A stretch of DNA of 36,371 nt from Aplysia californica (lineage: Eukaryota), in NCBI RefSeq assembly GCF_000002075.1, contig NW_004797520.1, positions 445,094-481,464 of the forward strand, read 5' to 3'. The notes below the pieces were generated by a model. The model had not been told where the DNA came from and made no database searches. It was given only the letters and a program-made list of their open reading frames with translations. Shown here in pieces: positions 32,761 through 36,371 of the stretch. Position 1 is the stretch's first letter. Each line of letters opens with the position of its first letter. Both the position numbers and the translations under genes were made by a program.

Positions 32761-33400
32761 CTGAATTCATGGGAATAGAAGTGTATTAAAATTTTAAACA
32801 CAGTGATTGTGGAGACAGAGGGCAAGTGATGTGAGTGGAGAAGGACACTTGCACACAAAGAAAATGGGAATACTGCAAACATTGCATCTTTAACGTTTTC
32901 CACATTTTTTATTATAATAAATAGGCCTACTCATAGTTCGATATGTATTTAGCTATTGTGTGTTTTCCATAGTCAAAAAACATCCCAGTTTTTATCCCAC
33001 ACACCTTTACCAATAAAAGACTTGATGTAGATACTTTCATTCTCCTTCCCCCTTTATTTTCCATGACAATCTGATTGAGACCTAATAAGTTTTAGTAACT
33101 TAATAAATACATGAGTCCACAAAGTGAAAACATACCATTGCATACACACAAATTCCACAAACATAATGAGTATACTAACAAAAAACATAGTTCTCATCAT
33201 TTTATGATTAAAAATTAAAAACCATTATTATTTCTAAAAATAAAATTTTGTTCATTGAAAACTTAAATGTCGAGGAAATTAATTCTTTTCATTCTGAAAA
33301 ATAACTCGCAAATAAAAAATAAATTACGGAAAGATAGTACAAACTACTCATCATTTTGCTGTAAAGATGGTAAAAATGTGTATTCTATGCATGCACTCAC

Positions 33401-33526
33401 CACTCGGCCCCATCTGTTCCAAGCATAGTAAGACTTTCCGCAGTTCAACACTTGTATAACGTAGTACTTGTTGTTGTTGTGGCCAATATTGGTCTGGTTC
33501 AACATTGCGTCAAAGTCTTCATGTAC
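33401..33526 (-). CDS. PARP3: PARP3 exon 2, WGR domain N-part
   Basis: Acceptor ctcacag|GTACAT and donor GAGTG|GTGAGT. Translation VHEDFDAMLNQTNIGHNNNKYYVIQVLNCGKSYYAWNRWGRV carries the WGR signature. Phase 0 at both ends. Confidence 0.9.
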
Positions 33527-33829
33527 CTGTGAGCATCAAAACAAGAATCTACATAGTGAACAAACAACAGAAATCATCATAAAATTATAAAAACACTTTT
33601 AAGAAATTCATGTCACTATTCTTGAGCGATACTACATGAGTCACAAAATGTCGACACAGACAGCAAAAGAAACTGAGATGAAATGACCCAAAGCAATTTT
33701 GAGAAAGCAAACACAGAATTCATACAGAATATGATACCCAACAGTTTTGTCAAGAATAAGTCTCAAAGTCTATCAAATAATACTCAGACTTTTCTCAACT
33801 GGACGACAGTTCCTACAAGATTTACTTAC

Positions 33830-34033
33830 CTCAGAAGAGCTAGACAAATGACAAAAGGTGTCTGGTTTGTGCTTCTTGGGTTTCCCCTTGTCTGCAGCTT
33901 TCAGTTTTGCAATCTTGTCCTTCATGGTTTCAGGTGCCGCCTCCTCTTCAACTTTTACTTCCTCCGCGGCTTGCTTCGCTTTTTTTGCCTTGGTGGCAGC
34001 AGCCTTTCCAGCAGCTTTCCTTTTGGGTGGCAT
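33830..34033 (-). CDS. PARP3: PARP3 orthologue exon 1, first coding exon; ATG at 34033-34031, A at -3
   Basis: ORF MPPKRKAAGKAAATKAKKAKQAAEEVKVEEEAAPETMKDKIAKLKAADKGKPKKHKPDTFCHLSSSSE, ending at a consensus donor GAG|GTAAGT in phase 0. The Lys/Ala-rich N-terminus is followed by the WGR exon, as in PARP3. Confidence 0.8.
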
Positions 34034-36305
34034 TTTTAGCAGAATGTAGCGGCACCAATTTCAATTTCAAATGACAGAATCGTTCTGTAGAAAAAAAAGA
34101 CTTTGAAGTGTGCAAAGCAAAGAAGCAGGGAAATTTTCATTTTTGTGCAATACAGTTTTTTTACTTATTAGTTTGTATGTTACATTAAAAAAACAAACAT
34201 TGTAAGTAATTATTATAACTGAAATGTCATGTTTTTAACTGTCTTCTGACACTTCTACACATATACCAAAATTATAAGCCTTTTTAGATATTTCAAGGGC
34301 CCTTACGAAGCTGCACTTTCAGTTTACTCACAACAGAGATTTTGTGGCTCCATTTTCTGAAGTTAACTCTCAGAGGTCAGCAGGTCTCATGACTAGACGC
34401 TGCATTATTGTGGAATTTTGATTTGTTTTCCTCAGTTGTTATAAATATCTGCTTGCCTGTACTGCAACGGTGTCGACCTCACATATCAAATCTTTAATCT
34501 TCTTTTCCTGAATTTTTGCTGAAGAATACATGCATCGCAGCTTCATGAATCCTTTCGTCTTTATTATGATGAAAATGATAATGCTAATTAAAGTGCCAAT
34601 ATTTCAACTTAATCTTGCTACAACAAAGGAGAGAGAAAAGGCTTACGACTTGTAAGAAGTCAGTTGAGATACGATTACATAACCAACATACTTACACTAG
34701 AGTACAACCTCCACAACAGCTAAGTAGGTCATTCATAAGTTACAGTATCTGTATATATAGTTATTATAGTATGCAATAGAGTTATCAACAGCCAGGTCAT
34801 TAGAGGTATACCAATACTATGAAGATTAAGATTCTAACACTGGATTATTGCCCTGCCATGAAGGAAAATATAATTAACCTGGCTGCCTTCAAATATTTCA
34901 AATGAAGATTTGATTAAACTTTCTGCGATGTGCACTGGGTAGGCCCATATAGGCCTATTTGCATGTTTAATTGTTGTTCCTCCATTGAAGCGACAAAGAC
35001 TATGTTATAGTCACCCTATAGTCAGGGGTGAGTGCACCAGATACTGGTCAGGCCAGTCTGCACTCGAAAAGTTCTCTATCGCAATGCAGACATGGGGAGG
35101 TGGCAGCAGTTGGAAATCTATGAGTCTTCCTGGCGAACCTGCGCTACTCAGTTACTTGTAGCAATTCGGTTGTTTTCGCAAACCTTGGAGCGCTTTCGTA
35201 CAACTGCTTAATTGTCACCAAACTTTGTCCTGTGCAGTCTGCTCCCATGTTGTGTGGTTGATACTGGAGGCCTTCATTGAGGTGCTTTCATGGAAGCTTT
35301 GAGGCTGGCTTTAAAACGCTTCTTCTGGTCTCCATGACATGAGCAGATCAAACTTTATAGTGCACTCTACAGGATGCATCCATGGTCTGGTCAGGGTCTG
35401 GTCTTGCCTCAATCTACCCTCCGAGGGAAGGCGGTGAGGGCTGAGGGTTGGTCTGAAACCATTTTCTAGATCGAGGAGTATTACTACAACATTTTCAAAT
35501 TATCTATTCCGCACTATTTTGGCCTCTATGCAACTTCATTCATTAGACTCTAGCTAAGCACTAGATTTTTTCTAGATCTAGAGGTCTTCGTGGTAGGTGT
35601 GAGGAAATAATTGCACAGACATACCTGATCGAACCCTGCAAACTGCAGACCGCTCTCTGTCGACCTGGTTGTCTCCCACGGTTTTGATCCAACAAACAAT
35701 CCAACAATAACAACCGGCACCTTCCTTTTATCACTCCGTTTGCATGGACAAGTCTCGGTCCGTCTTGTTCTAAATATAGCCCCTGAGCACACCCATTTAC
35801 TTCGCGGAATCAAGATAACCTTGGTGTGGCAAAACACAGTATGGCTAAACAAACGCTAGCCAGGAATACAAGGCAGACCATGCAAAACTGGGATGGATGG
35901 CGTCAAATATCCCCACTAAAAGAATAAGATATAAAAAGCATCAACAACAGAAGCCATCCACCTTGCCCTTGACAGAAAATTGCACCTCCCTTTGACATCT
36001 AACGATAGGGGTCTCTGAGCTAGGCTACAAGAAAAAAAAAGCCACACAAATTTACTTCGCGGAGTCATAACCTTCGCGTGGCAAAACATGGTAAACCGCA
36101 GTTCGAAGAATAATATTTAAACTGGGGATTTTTAATTGTTGACTCCAGCGGAATGGGGAACCCAAAAAGTCTTGAAAAGAGGAAAATCATTCTAAAATTC
36201 AACTGTAAACATTATGCATCATGAACTTAGAAGCAACATTAAATGTTCTCATTTCTCCATTGGATCATTCTCTACGTCCACCCCACCTCCCCCTCCAAAA
36301 CCATA

Positions 36306-36371
<66 letters not shown>
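36306..36371. repeat. (TC)n microsatellite running to the window end
   Basis: Direct reading of the sequence. Confidence 0.95.

Noticed and set aside
33683-34049. Plus-strand ORFs of 118 and 63 aa
   Set aside because: They are antisense translations of the Lys/Ala-rich first PARP3 exon.

Overview
This window is intron-rich eukaryotic nuclear DNA, probably from a repeat-dense invertebrate metazoan genome, not a prokaryotic locus. It carries long introns, GT..AG splice junctions, microsatellites, minisatellites and SINE-like repeats. Three protein-coding genes can be reconstructed exon by exon, all on the minus strand. (1) A complete PARP3 orthologue, 11 coding exons at 34033->25646, with the ATG at 34033 and the stop at 25646. 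Every junction is phase-consistent. The translation matches PARP3 motifs from the WGR domain (WNRWGRV) through the helical domain (KKMPLGKLSK, FYTAIPHDFG, HPLD) to the catalytic fold (LLWHGTN, HSGGRVGRGIYFASENNKSAGY, SEYLVY). (2) A BTB-BACK-Kelch gene of the KLHL/KBTBD type at 20293->11809, with 10 phase-consistent exons. (3) The 5' two-thirds of an ABTB1 (BPOZ) orthologue at 6848-><1. It has an ankyrin exon (YYACLCGH), the first BTB domain (FPAHRCIL, LQYLYTG) and the start of the second BTB (PDICFCVQEHKFMCHK), and runs off the window start. A possible fourth, unidentified coding fragment lies at 10221-10808 on the minus strand. The most unusual structural theme is that four separate intronic tandem arrays contain extra copies of the adjacent exon-intron junction. 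These are the donors of ABTB1 exons 8 and 9 and the acceptors of Kelch exons 8 and 10, and they form clusters of cryptic splice sites. Other elements are two SINE-like families sharing a common head (one copy forms the 3'UTR of the Kelch gene), an inverted SINE pair, a TTAA-flanked MITE with perfect 14-bp TIRs, and a tRNA-derived SINE head 15 bp from a donor. There is also a (GAT)n tract that abuts an acceptor in frame, a CRE/CCAAT promoter-like cluster, and many long homopolymer and compound microsatellite tracts. All coordinates were derived by hand reverse-complementing, so splice sites may be off by 1-2 nt.
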